A DNA stretch of 64,000 nt. It comes from Sandaracinaceae bacterium (GTDB taxonomy: Bacteria; Myxococcota_A; Polyangia; Polyangiales; Sandaracinaceae). The stretch covers positions 1-64,000 of the forward strand of contig JBGAQA010000022.1 in NCBI GenBank assembly GCA_044220955.1, given 5' to 3'. Shown in pieces: positions 30,844 to 40,783 of this stretch (positions are counted from its first letter, which is position 1; every line of letters begins with the position of its first letter). Made by a program: the position numbers and the translations under genes. Below the pieces are notes generated by a model that was given only the letters and a program-made list of their open reading frames with translations, was not told the DNA's origin and did no database searches.

Positions 30844-32292
30844 ATGCGCGCCACATCCCCCGTCCTGGCCATGGGTCTCGCCGTCCTCAGCGCCTGCGCG
30901 GCGCAGCCCGCGCCCGACGACTCCGGGGCCGCCGGGGTCGACGCGGGGACGGACGGTTCGAGCGGCCGTCCCGACACGGGGCCCCGCGATGCCGGGACGG
31001 ACGCGCGCATCCCCTACGACGTCGGGACCTTCACGCGGCAGCCGGAGGCGACCGTCGGCCCGGGCCGCTCCACGTGCGCCTACGCGCGCGGAGCGATGCC
31101 CTGGGAGACGATCGGCAGCGAGTACCCGCTCGGCGACGCCATCCCGATCAACCACTGGATCATCCTCATGCAGGAGAACCGGAGCTTCGACCACTACTTC
31201 GGCTCGATGGCCGGCGTGGACGGGATCCCCGCCGGCGCGTCGAACCCGCACGCCGACGGCACGCCCGTGCCGGCGTTCCACACCGACGCGTTCTGCGTCG
31301 AAGACCCCTCGCACAGCTGGCGCGGCTCGCACCGGGAGTGGAACGGCGGCGCCAACGACGGCTTCGTGATCGCCAACGGCGACACCGACCGCGCCATGGG
31401 CTTCTTCACGGAGGAAGACCTGCCGTTCTACTACGACCTCGCGCGGACGTTCGCGATGAGCGACCACTACCACTGCGGGGTGCTCGGGCCGACGCAGGTG
31501 AACCGCATGTACATCATGAGCGCGACCTCGTTCGGCATGACCACGAACGACGTGATCCCGGAGGGCCGCTTCCCGCTCGACGAGGATCACACGCTCATGC
31601 AGCAGCTCGATCGCGCGGGCGTGCCCTGGCACATCTACTACGCGTCGGTGCCCTGGGTGTGGCTGCCCTACTCGAGCTACGCGCTCGCCCCGGGGCAGCG
31701 CTCGCGCATGTCGTCGCTCACCGGCTTCTACGACGACCTCGCGGCGGGCAACATCGCCGACGTCGTCTGGATCGACCCCGCGTGGACGGTCACGGGCACC
31801 GAGCAGACGGACGAGCACCCGCCCGCGAACCCCCAGTTCGGTCAGCGGTGGATCCGCGACCTCGTCACGCACGTGATGGACAGCCCGATCTGGAGCGACA
31901 CGGCCATCGTCTTCACGTACGACGAGCACGGCGGGTTCTACGATCACGTGCCGCCCCCCGAGGCGTGCCCGCCCGGCGACTTCGAGCCGGACCTCACGGC
32001 GAGCGACCCTCCGGGTCGCTTCGACCGCCACGGGTTCCGCGTGCCCTTCGTGATCGCCAGCCCCTACGCGCGGGCGGGCTACGTGTCCGACCAGGTGGCC
32101 GACCACGCCAGCGTCGTGCGCCTGCTGCAGGCCCGCTACCTGCTCCCGGCGATGACGGGCCGCGACGCGAACGCCTGGCCGCTCTACGACATGTTCGACT
32201 TCGAGCACGTGAACCCGGCGACGAGCGCAGATCTGGCCGCAGCTCCGATCGACCCGGCCGCGATGGCGGCCTGCCGCGCCTCGGGGCTCTGA
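30844..32292 (+). CDS. Phospholipase C / phosphoesterase family lipoprotein (paralog)
   Basis: Lipobox LSAC, MQENRSFDH, GPTQVNR, DEHPP, TYDEHGGFYDHV, GFRVP, DHASVVR. Confidence 0.9.
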   Translation: MRATSPVLAMGLAVLSACAAQPAPDDSGAAGVDAGTDGSSGRPDTGPRDAGTDARIPYDVGTFTRQPEATVGPGRSTCAYARGAMPWETIGSEYPLGDAIPINHWIILMQENRSFDHYFGSMAGVDGIPAGASNPHADGTPVPAFHTDAFCVEDPSHSWRGSHREWNGGANDGFVIANGDTDRAMGFFTEEDLPFYYDLARTFAMSDHYHCGVLGPTQVNRMYIMSATSFGMTTNDVIPEGRFPLDEDHTLMQQLDRAGVPWHIYYASVPWVWLPYSSYALAPGQRSRMSSLTGFYDDLAAGNIADVVWIDPAWTVTGTEQTDEHPPANPQFGQRWIRDLVTHVMDSPIWSDTAIVFTYDEHGGFYDHVPPPEACPPGDFEPDLTASDPPGRFDRHGFRVPFVIASPYARAGYVSDQVADHASVVRLLQARYLLPAMTGRDANAWPLYDMFDFEHVNPATSADLAAAPIDPAAMAACRASGL

Positions 32293-32383
32293 CGGAAGCT
32301 CGTCCGGAGAGGGGATGGGAGCGTGCGGGGGAGGGCGACGCGCGCTATCCCACGCCCTTCGTTTTTTCCGCTCAGGAGCTTTC

Positions 32384-33877
32384 ATGCCGAAGATCCCGTC
32401 GTTCGTCCACGTCGTCCTCGCGCTCGCCGTCGTCACCGCGTGCAGCAACCCCGCGCCCGCGCCGGGCACCGACTCCGGGGCGATGACGGCCGACACCGGC
32501 GGTGGCGGGACCGACACCGGCCCGCGCGCCGACACCGGTCCTGGTCGGGACGGCGGCCCTGGCGTCGACACCGCGGTCGACGCCGCCGGCAGCACGTCCT
32601 GCACGGCGCCGATCGATCTGAACGCCATGGGCACGGCGCTCGCGACGGGCACCGGCCGCACGATCGCGTCGAGCAACGTGTCGGCGGCGGCGGGCCCGCT
32701 CGCCGAGGTGGCGAGCGCCTGCGCCGACGACGGCATGGGCGGATCCGTCGCGACGAACGAGGTCGTGTTCCGCTACACCGTAGAGACCGGCGGACACCTC
32801 GTCGCGTCGACCGACGACCCTGCCTCGAGCCCGGACCTCGACACGATCGTGTGGATCCTCGACGCGTGCGCGGCGAGCGCCACCGAGCTGGCGTGCAACG
32901 ACGACGGCCCGAACAACCTCCTCTCGGTCGCGATGGCCGACGCGACGGTGACGGCGGGCACGACCGTGTTCATCGTCGTCGCGGGCTATGCCGGCGCGGA
33001 CGTCTCGACCGGGTCGTTCACGCTCAGCGTCACGGAGCTTCAGCCGCACGCGGCCAACGAGGCCTGCGACGCGACCAACTTCTACTGCGTCGACGGCTAC
33101 ACGTGCCTGCGCGATGGTCCCGGCGCGACGACCGGGCACTGCCGACAGGACGGCGGAGACAACGGCCTGTGCCGCGTGACGGCGCCCTTCTGCGACACGG
33201 GCCTGGAGTGCAGCGAGGCCGCCCCGACGGTCGACAACACCGGCGTCTGCCAGGTGCCGATCGCGAGCGGCGACGTCTGCACGGACATCCACTACGTGTG
33301 CGTCGCGGGCAGCACGTGCCAGATGGACGAGGGGAGCACCACGATGGGTCACTGCCTCGCCGACGGAGCCGAGTTCGGCGCGTGCCGCACGACGGGCATG
33401 GCCTGCGACACGGGCCTCGCGTGCAGCGCGGCGATGCCGACCGCCGGCGCGACGGGCACCTGCCAGACGCCGATCGTGGGCGCCGGCGCGTGCACGCAGC
33501 GCCACTCGGTCTGCGTCACCGGGTTCTCCTGCCAGCTCGATCAGGGCAGCGAGACGGCGGGCCACTGCCTCGCGGACGGCGCGGAGTACGGCCTCTGCCA
33601 CCTCACGGCGCCGCTCTGCGAGACCGGGCTGACGTGCACGTCGGCCACGCCGATGGCCGGCGACGGAGAGACGTGCCAGATGCCCATCGCCTCGGGCGCG
33701 GCCTGCACCGCCTGGCACTACCTCTGCGTGACGGGCTCGCACTGCATCCCCGACGCGGGCAGCAGCACGATGGGTCACTGCCTGCTCGACGGCGCGATGG
33801 GCGCGGCCTGCCGCGAGACCCCGCCCGAGTGCGACGGCACGCTGACGTGCGATCCGTTCTCCGGCACCTGCGGCTGA
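32384..33877 (+). CDS. Cys-rich lipoprotein with PPC-like domain and 71-aa tandem repeats
   Basis: AGGAG upstream, lipobox VVTAC, ELACNDD motif, repeats with a 213-bp period. Confidence 0.78.
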   Translation: MPKIPSFVHVVLALAVVTACSNPAPAPGTDSGAMTADTGGGGTDTGPRADTGPGRDGGPGVDTAVDAAGSTSCTAPIDLNAMGTALATGTGRTIASSNVSAAAGPLAEVASACADDGMGGSVATNEVVFRYTVETGGHLVASTDDPASSPDLDTIVWILDACAASATELACNDDGPNNLLSVAMADATVTAGTTVFIVVAGYAGADVSTGSFTLSVTELQPHAANEACDATNFYCVDGYTCLRDGPGATTGHCRQDGGDNGLCRVTAPFCDTGLECSEAAPTVDNTGVCQVPIASGDVCTDIHYVCVAGSTCQMDEGSTTMGHCLADGAEFGACRTTGMACDTGLACSAAMPTAGATGTCQTPIVGAGACTQRHSVCVTGFSCQLDQGSETAGHCLADGAEYGLCHLTAPLCETGLTCTSATPMAGDGETCQMPIASGAACTAWHYLCVTGSHCIPDAGSSTMGHCLLDGAMGAACRETPPECDGTLTCDPFSGTCG

Positions 33878-33985
33878 GCGAGGAGCCGATCCGCGCGGAA
33901 CGCAGGAGTAGCTCTCCGGCTTTCGCAAGCCGCGGGAGCCTCGGCGACGAAGCGCTCGGCATGTCGAGAAGAGCCCTGTCGCTCA

Positions 33986-34064
33986 CGAGCGAAGCGAGTG
34001 GAGTGGGGGTGGGGCCCCGTGACCGACCCGACCGGCACGGGGCGGGGCCGGCATCGGCCCCGAG
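33986..34064 (-). repeat. REP-like intergenic element (copy B)
   Basis: Inverted copy of the 29157 element, just downstream of the der stop codon. Confidence 0.75.
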
Positions 34065-34068
34065 GAAG

Positions 34069-35475
34069 TCAGGCGCGGCGCTGCTTGCCCTTGTAGCTCA
34101 CGCGGATCGGCGTCCCGTCGAAGCCGAAGCGCTCGCGGATCGCGTTCACGACGTAGCGCTGGTAGCTGAAGTGCACGTAGTCGGGCTCGTTCGTCACGAC
34201 GACGAAGCGCGGCGGGTGCGTCTCGGCCTGCGTCACGTAGTAGAGGCGTACCGGCCTGCCCTTGGCGGTCGGGGGCGGGTGGTGCGAGAGCACCTCCTCG
34301 AAGAAGCGGTTCATCTCCGCGGTGCCGATCCGCTTGCCGTGCTCCGCGCGCGCCGCGTCGATCTCGTCGAGGAGCTTGTTCACGGCGCGCCCGGTCTTGG
34401 CCGAGAGGGCGACGATCCGCGCCCAGGGCGCGAACGCGAGCGTCTCCTTCGCGAGGCGCATCGCCTCCTTGCGGGCCCGCTCGTCGAGCAGGTCGGCCTT
34501 GTTCAGGCCGACGACCAGCGCGCGACCGCGCTCGGAGATGAGGCCCGCGAGGCGCGCGTCCTGCTCCGCGATGCCCTCGGCGGCGTCGACCAGGAGCACC
34601 ACCACGTCGGCGCGCTCGATCGAGCGGATGGCCTTCATCACGGCGATCGACTCGACGGCCTCCTCGATCCCGCGCTTGCGGCGGATGCCCGCGGTGTCGA
34701 TGAGCACGTAGCGTCGCCCGTCGCTGCGCTCGAGGAGCGTGTCGATCGGGTCGACGGTCGTCCCGGGCCGCGAGTCGACCAGCTGGCGCTCCTCGCCGAG
34801 CAGGCGGTTCGTGAGCGAGCTCTTCCCGGCGTTGGGGCGGCCGACGATGGCCACGCGCGGCACGGTCTCGTCGTAGCTCGCGCCCTCGCTCGGGCCCTTC
34901 GGTAGCGCTGCGGCGATCGCGTCCTCGAGCTCGGGCAGGCCCCGTCCGTGGAGCGCCGAGATCGGGATGAGCTCGTTCATGCCGAGCTCGTAGTGCTCCA
35001 GCCCGTCGATCGCCCGCTTCTTGTCGTCGGCCTTGTTGGCGGCCCAGACGACCTTCGCCTTGCCGCGGCGCAGGAGCTCGGCGGCCGCGCGGTCGGCGGG
35101 GGTGAGCGGCTCCGTCGCGTCGAGCAGCGCGATCACGACGTCGGCCTCGCGCAGCGCGAGCTCCACGTGCCGCGCGATGCCCTCGCGCATCGGGTCGTCG
35201 CTCTCGGGGTCGAAGCCGCCCGTGTCGACCAGCACCACGTCCCGCCCGCCCAGCTCGGCGTCGGCGTAGTGGCGGTCGCGCGTGACGCCCGGGACGTCCT
35301 CGACGATGGCGATGCGCTCGCCGACGAGCCGGTTGAAGAGGGTGCTCTTGCCGATGTTCGGCCGGCCCACGATGGCGACGACGGGGCGCACGCCGCGCAT
35401 CGCGTCGGCGGGCAGCGCCTTCTCGCGGCGCTTCTTCGGGGCCTGGTCGGCCGCCGCTGGTTTCTTCCGGCGCAT
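34069..35475 (-). CDS. der: Ribosome biogenesis GTPase Der (EngA)
   Basis: Two G domains (GRPNIGKS...GVTRD...DTGG; GRPNAGKS...GTTVD...DTAG) and a KH-like C terminus (RERFGFDGTPIR). Confidence 0.95.
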   Translation of the reverse strand: MRRKKPAAADQAPKKRREKALPADAMRGVRPVVAIVGRPNIGKSTLFNRLVGERIAIVEDVPGVTRDRHYADAELGGRDVVLVDTGGFDPESDDPMREGIARHVELALREADVVIALLDATEPLTPADRAAAELLRRGKAKVVWAANKADDKKRAIDGLEHYELGMNELIPISALHGRGLPELEDAIAAALPKGPSEGASYDETVPRVAIVGRPNAGKSSLTNRLLGEERQLVDSRPGTTVDPIDTLLERSDGRRYVLIDTAGIRRKRGIEEAVESIAVMKAIRSIERADVVVLLVDAAEGIAEQDARLAGLISERGRALVVGLNKADLLDERARKEAMRLAKETLAFAPWARIVALSAKTGRAVNKLLDEIDAARAEHGKRIGTAEMNRFFEEVLSHHPPPTAKGRPVRLYYVTQAETHPPRFVVVTNEPDYVHFSYQRYVVNAIRERFGFDGTPIRVSYKGKQRRA

Positions 35476-35605
35476 CGGGGGAGCGCGATTGTAGTGGGCG
35501 CCCGCCCCGCGTCGAGGCGCGCCGGACGAATCGATCAGCGAGCGGCCGGCTCGCCGTCGTGGCCGTCCACGCACGGGAAGCCCTCGCCGCTCGTCGCGTC
35601 GAAGT

Positions 35606-36550
35606 TCAGCGCTCCTCGCCCATCGCGAGCGCGCGCACCTTCGCGGCGTCCTCCGTCCACCCCGCCTCGACGCGGACGAAGGTCTCGAGGAAGACCTTGC
35701 GCTCGAGGAACGCCTCCATCTCGAGCCGCGCGTCCTGGCCGATCTGCTTGAGCATCGAGCCGCGCGCGCCGATCACGATGCCCTTGTGTGACTCCTTCGT
35801 GAGCACGATGGTCGCCGCGATCCGTACGAGCCGGCCCTCGTCGACCCACTGGTCGATACGCACCGCGGCCCCGTGCGGCACCTCCTTCTGGAGATGATGG
35901 AGCAGCGACTCGCGCAGCAGCTCTGCACAGAAGAAGCGCTCCGAGCGATCCGTGATGCGATCGTCGTCGTAGAGCAGCTCGGTGCCGAGGTGCGCGCGGA
36001 GCGCGGTCAAGACGCGCGCCAGGCCGTCGGCGCGAAGCGCGGAGATGGGCACCACCTCGAGCGGCGAGAGCTTCGCGAGCAAGGGCAAGAGCGTCCGCTT
36101 GTCGCGCACGCGATCGACCTTGTTGAGCGCGAGCACGATGGGCTTGCCCGCCGCCTTCGCCGTCTCGAGGACACGCGCGTCGGCGGGCGCGAGCGCCATC
36201 CCCCGCACGGCGTCCGACGCGTCGGCCAGCACCAGGATGGCGTCGACCTCCTCCAGGACGCCCTGGGCCGCTTCCACCAGCGTGCGGCCGAGCGTGCTCT
36301 TGGGCGCCTCCAGCCCCGGCGTGTCGAGGAAGGCGACCTGCGTGCGCTCGCCCTCGTCGTCGTCCACGTGATCGGCCACCCCGAGGAGCACGCTGCGCGT
36401 CGTGCCCGGCTTGGGGGACACGATCGCGAGCTTCTGGCCCACGAGCGCGTTGAGGAGCGTCGACTTGCCGACGTTCGGGCGCCCGACGATCGCGACGCGT
36501 CCGGCGCGGACGTCGCGCGCACGCGATCTCGGGGTGGACGGCTTGCTCAC
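35606..36550 (-). CDS. era: GTPase Era
   Basis: GRPNVGKS, DTPG, NKVD, KH motif KGIVIGARGSMLKQIG. Confidence 0.95.
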   Translation of the reverse strand: MSKPSTPRSRARDVRAGRVAIVGRPNVGKSTLLNALVGQKLAIVSPKPGTTRSVLLGVADHVDDDEGERTQVAFLDTPGLEAPKSTLGRTLVEAAQGVLEEVDAILVLADASDAVRGMALAPADARVLETAKAAGKPIVLALNKVDRVRDKRTLLPLLAKLSPLEVVPISALRADGLARVLTALRAHLGTELLYDDDRITDRSERFFCAELLRESLLHHLQKEVPHGAAVRIDQWVDEGRLVRIAATIVLTKESHKGIVIGARGSMLKQIGQDARLEMEAFLERKVFLETFVRVEAGWTEDAAKVRALAMGEER

Positions 36551-36731
36551 GGGCGGCGGAGTGTACCGGTGCCGGCGCGCGCGTCGAGGCGGCGCGCCAG
36601 GGCTGTCGCCCATCGCCGCGGCGGGAAGAATCGCCGGGGATCCGGGACCCTCGCTCGGTCCACGGGCGCCGAGACGCGGCCCCCTCCACTCCGAGTGAAT
36701 CGGAGTCGAGCGTCGTTTCCGGGACAGCTCT

Positions 36732-37337
36732 TCAGAACGTCAGCGCGGAGACGACCACCCCGCTCGGGCCCGGGGTCGCGGGCGCGGTGCCCGGGTCCTG
36801 GCCGAGGCCGACCCCGAGGCCGATCCCGACGCCCGCGCCGACCACGACCACCCCGACGATCACCCAGAGCACGGGGCTCGTGAGGAGGTCGTCGCCCGAG
36901 CCGCGATCGTCGCCCGGCGTGCTCGTCTGCGCCAGAGCGCGGCTCAGCGCATCGTCGCGCGCGATCTCCTCTTCGAGGATGTGGATGCGGTCCTCGACGG
37001 AAGCGCGGTTCGTCGCCTCCGGCACCGCGTCGAGGTAGCCGCGGAAAGCATCGAGCGCCGCCCGATCGTGGCGCAGCCGGTCCTCCACGAGGCCGATGTT
37101 GTAGAGCAGCTCCGGGCGCGCGGAGAGGCGGTACGCCTCGCGGAAGTCGAGCAGGGCCTCCTCGGGCCGGCCCTGCTCCAGCGCCACGCGCCCGGCGTCG
37201 AACGAGGCCCGGGCCTCTGCCTCGTCGCCGGCTGCATCGCTCGACGGCGGCGCCGGGTCCGTAGCCTGAGCGCACGCGCCCGCGGCCGCGAGCCAGAGGG
37301 CGAAGGCGACGCCCAGCGGAAGCACCCCACGCATCAT
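36732..37337 (-). CDS. TPR-containing protein with signal peptide and C-terminal TM anchor
   Basis: EALLDFREAYRLSARPELLYNIG (TPR) and C-terminal WVIVGVVVVGAGVGIG. Confidence 0.75.
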   Translation of the reverse strand: MMRGVLPLGVAFALWLAAAGACAQATDPAPPSSDAAGDEAEARASFDAGRVALEQGRPEEALLDFREAYRLSARPELLYNIGLVEDRLRHDRAALDAFRGYLDAVPEATNRASVEDRIHILEEEIARDDALSRALAQTSTPGDDRGSGDDLLTSPVLWVIVGVVVVGAGVGIGLGVGLGQDPGTAPATPGPSGVVVSALTF

Positions 37338-37408
37338 GGGCGGGAGCGTACAACGCCTCGCGCCCGCGCGCCGCGACCCGATTGCATCGACGAGGGCGCG
37401 AGGCCACG

Positions 37409-39226
37409 ATGCCGCGCATGTTCGTCCCGCACGGGCGCCGCCGGTCGACCCCCGCGCTCGCGCGGCTCGCCGTTCTCGTCGTGACGGCGTGCGCGAGCCC
37501 GCGCGCCGCGACCCAGGTGACGGTCCTCGTCGAGGCTCAGCCGCACGTCCGGGGCGTCGCCACGCAGCTGGTCGTCCGCGTCACCGGAGGACACGAGGGC
37601 GAGACCTTCCTCGACGCGGGCGAGCCCATCGTGCGCGACGCGCCGCTCGCGTGGCCCTTCGACGTCACCGTCACGCCGGCGGGCGCCGACGCCACGCGTC
37701 TGTTCGAGGTCGAGGCCACGGCCTACGACGCGGGGCACCAGCTGGTGAGCCAGGCCCGGCTGCGTGGCGGCTACGTCCGCGGAAACGCCCGTCGCGTGAC
37801 GCTGACGCTCGAGGACGCCTGCGTCGGCATCAGCTGCCCGACCGGGCTCGCGTGTCGCGACGGACGCTGCGTGCAGATCGGGCCGACCGACGACGACGCG
37901 GGCGTGCGCGACGGCGGCGGTGACGCGGGCCCCACCCGGTGCGGAGCGAACGCCGAGTGCGACGACGACAACGTGTGCAACGGGTTCGAGACGTGCGTGG
38001 CCGGCGCCTGCGTCCCGGGCGCTCGGCTCGACTGCGACGATCACGTCGCGTGTACGAGCGATTCCTGCGACGGTCGGCAGTGCGTCCACACGCCGGAGGC
38101 CTCGCGCTGCACGCGCGACGTCGGGGGCACGTGCGATCCCGTGAACGACTGCCAGTACCCGAGCTGCACCGCGGCGAACTGCGTGACGACGGGCTGCCAG
38201 ACCGCGCGCTGCAACGGCAGCGTCTGCGAGCGCACGTTCGCGTGCGGCGCCGGGCAGTCCTGCTGCGGCAGCGCGTGCGTGCCGATGGGCTGCGAGGACG
38301 GCCTGCCGTGTACCACCGACTACTGCGGCGCGGCCGGTAGCTGCCAGCACGACGTCCACGCGGGGCCCTGCGACGATCGCGACCTCTGCACGGGCGACGG
38401 CACCTGCGCGAGCGACGGCTCGTGCACCGGCGGTGCGCGCATGTCGTGCGACGACGGCAACGGGTGCACGACCGACACCTGCGATCCCGCGCGCGGCTGC
38501 GTCTCGAGCGCGAACGCGCTGCCCTGCAGCGACGACAACCCGTGCACGCTCAACGACTCGTGCGGCGGCTCGGCGTGCGTCCCCGGAGTGATGGACCTCT
38601 GCGACGACGGGATCGCGTGCACGCGCGACATGTGCGACCGGACGCGCGGCTGTGCCCACGCGCCGGACGACACGCTGTGCACCGGCGCCGGTGCCCACTG
38701 CAGCGCGACGGCGGGCTGTCAGGTGACGGGGACCTGCACGAGCGCGAATTGCCAGCCCACGCCGGGCACGTGCGAGACCGCGGCCTGCTCGACGGACCTG
38801 ACGATGTGCATCCGAGCCTCGTCGTGCACGACGGGCCAGATGTGCTGCGGCACGCAGTGCGTTCCCGAGGCTTGCAGCGACGGAAACGTCTGCACCGACG
38901 ACGCGTGCATGCCGGCGAGCTCGACGTGCTCGCACACGCCCTCCACCCGTGGCTGCGACGACGGTGACCCCTGCACGACGAGCGACGCCTGCTCGGGCAC
39001 CACCTGCACCGGGACGCCCCTCTCGTGTGACGACCTCAACCAGTGTACGGACGACGTGTGCAGCGGAGGGACCTGCAGCCATTCGTTCAACGGGGGTCCG
39101 TGCGTTCCGGTCAGCGAGTGCGCGGGCGACGGGATCTGCATCGGCGGCTACTGTCGCCCGGGCACGCTCTGCCCCGGCGCCACGATCTGCTGCGGAGGCA
39201 TCTGCGAGCTCCCGGCGTCCTGCTGA
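37409..39226 (+). CDS. Cys-rich repeat lipoprotein
   Basis: Lipobox VVTAC and many CDDxxxCTxDxC repeats. Confidence 0.78.
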   Translation: MPRMFVPHGRRRSTPALARLAVLVVTACASPRAATQVTVLVEAQPHVRGVATQLVVRVTGGHEGETFLDAGEPIVRDAPLAWPFDVTVTPAGADATRLFEVEATAYDAGHQLVSQARLRGGYVRGNARRVTLTLEDACVGISCPTGLACRDGRCVQIGPTDDDAGVRDGGGDAGPTRCGANAECDDDNVCNGFETCVAGACVPGARLDCDDHVACTSDSCDGRQCVHTPEASRCTRDVGGTCDPVNDCQYPSCTAANCVTTGCQTARCNGSVCERTFACGAGQSCCGSACVPMGCEDGLPCTTDYCGAAGSCQHDVHAGPCDDRDLCTGDGTCASDGSCTGGARMSCDDGNGCTTDTCDPARGCVSSANALPCSDDNPCTLNDSCGGSACVPGVMDLCDDGIACTRDMCDRTRGCAHAPDDTLCTGAGAHCSATAGCQVTGTCTSANCQPTPGTCETAACSTDLTMCIRASSCTTGQMCCGTQCVPEACSDGNVCTDDACMPASSTCSHTPSTRGCDDGDPCTTSDACSGTTCTGTPLSCDDLNQCTDDVCSGGTCSHSFNGGPCVPVSECAGDGICIGGYCRPGTLCPGATICCGGICELPASC

Positions 39227-39294
39227 CGCGAGAGGCGTGTGCGCGCGCCGCGCGCGGTGGCCCGTCGACCAGCGTCTCGCGCTACCATCGTGCG

Positions 39295-40173
39295 ATGAAT
39301 CCGCTCGTCCTCGCCGTCGTCGCGCTCGCTTTGCTCTCCGCCTCGAGCGGGCTCGCCCAGGACGTGGACGCCGGGGACGGAGTCGCGCACTCCGGGATGG
39401 CGCAGGGCAGCGCGCACATCACCACGTCGACCGGCATCTCGCTCTCCCTCGATCCCGTCCCGGGAACGAGCACCGCGCGCGTGCAGGCGATGGGCCGGGC
39501 GGTGGAGACGCGCATGGCCGCCGTGCGGACCTGCTACCACGCGGTCGTCGCCCGCCGGCCCACCGTGACGGGTGTGCTGCGGATGCAGATCACGCTCGCC
39601 GCCGGCACGGGCGCCCCGGCGGTGACGGTGACGGAGGACGGCGTCCACGACGCCGAGCTACTCACCTGCTCGCAGGCCGCGCTCGCGGCGATGCCGACCG
39701 ACGCCATCGAGCGGCCGGCGTCGGTCATCGCCGTGCTGACGGTCGCGAACTCCGCCGCCGAGGGCACCGCCGTCACCGCCGCGCGGGCGGCCGAGGGCGA
39801 GGAGGTGAGCGTCGCGCACGAGGGCGCGCGCGGGTCGGCCACCAGCCCCGCGGGTGACGTGCGCTTCGTCGTCCGCGGCCCGGAGGGCGCCGCCGACGAG
39901 CTCGTGGCGGAAGCGTACCGCGTCGTCGCCTCGCAGCTGCCGGGCATGCGCGACTGCCGGCGTCACGCGACGCGGCGCGGGCGCTCCCCCGCGGGCGTGC
40001 TGCACGTGGACTTGACGATGACGGCCGGGCAGCCGCTGGGCGCGCACGTGCGCGAGAGCAGCGTCGCCGCGCCCGACGCGCGCGCGTGCGTCGAGCAGCG
40101 CCTCACTCGCGCGCCGCGCGTCCCGGCGACCGGCCCGGCCACGCTCGACCTCGAGATCACCTTCGCGCCGTAG
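39295..40173 (+). CDS. Secreted protein with two AgmX/PglI (TonB-C-like) domains
   Basis: Signal peptide; AVRTCYHAV...GVLRMQIT...LLTCSQ and GMRDCRR...GVLHVDLT...ACVEQ. Confidence 0.6.
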   Translation: MNPLVLAVVALALLSASSGLAQDVDAGDGVAHSGMAQGSAHITTSTGISLSLDPVPGTSTARVQAMGRAVETRMAAVRTCYHAVVARRPTVTGVLRMQITLAAGTGAPAVTVTEDGVHDAELLTCSQAALAAMPTDAIERPASVIAVLTVANSAAEGTAVTAARAAEGEEVSVAHEGARGSATSPAGDVRFVVRGPEGAADELVAEAYRVVASQLPGMRDCRRHATRRGRSPAGVLHVDLTMTAGQPLGAHVRESSVAAPDARACVEQRLTRAPRVPATGPATLDLEITFAP

Positions 40174-40182
40174 CGGGGAGCG

Positions 40183-40770
40183 GTGACCGCCAGGATCAAG
40201 GGGGCCTCGATGCGCGAGATCCTGCGCTGGCACGAGCGCAACGGCGGGCGCGAACACCTGCGCAGCATCGGTCTGCACCTCCCTCCTGCGCTGCGAGCGC
40301 ACGTCGACCTCGAGGCCGAGGCGCTCGGGATCATCCCGAGCGTCTGGTACCCGGCACCGCTCGCCCACGCGATCCTCGACGGCATCTTCGCGAGCCTGCC
40401 GCGGGACAAGCGCGCCGAGCGGATGCGCGAGGGCGCCCACGCGGCGATACGCGTGACGGGACGCGGCGTCTACCGGCTCGTGCTCGCGAAGCTCGCCACG
40501 CCGCGGGCCCTCGCGAGCAACATCCAGCGCCTCTGGAACCTGCTCTTCGACGACGGCGACCGGACCTTCCGCCTGACGTCGCCGACCGAGGTCGAGTCCG
40601 TCACGAGCGACTGGGCGGGGCACGGCGCGATGCTCTGCGAGCTGATGACGGAGAACACGGCGGCGGTGCTCGAGACCATGGGGAACAAGAACGTCACGGT
40701 CGAGCGCGTGGCGTGCGTCGCGCACGGCGCGCCGAGGTGCGTCACGCGGTTCCGCTGGGACGCTCGCTGA
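40183..40770 (+). CDS. Myxobacterial hypothetical protein (DUF2378/V4R-like)
   Basis: RIKGA start, SVWYP, C-terminal ACVAHGAPRCVTRFRW. Confidence 0.6.
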   Translation: MTARIKGASMREILRWHERNGGREHLRSIGLHLPPALRAHVDLEAEALGIIPSVWYPAPLAHAILDGIFASLPRDKRAERMREGAHAAIRVTGRGVYRLVLAKLATPRALASNIQRLWNLLFDDGDRTFRLTSPTEVESVTSDWAGHGAMLCELMTENTAAVLETMGNKNVTVERVACVAHGAPRCVTRFRWDAR

Positions 40771-40783
40771 TCGAGGTGCGCGC

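Noticed and set aside
29332..32736. 1134-aa minus-strand ORF as a single protein
   Set aside because: The real PLC starts at ATG 30789 with a lipobox; the upstream extension is antisense to the plus-strand PLC paralog.
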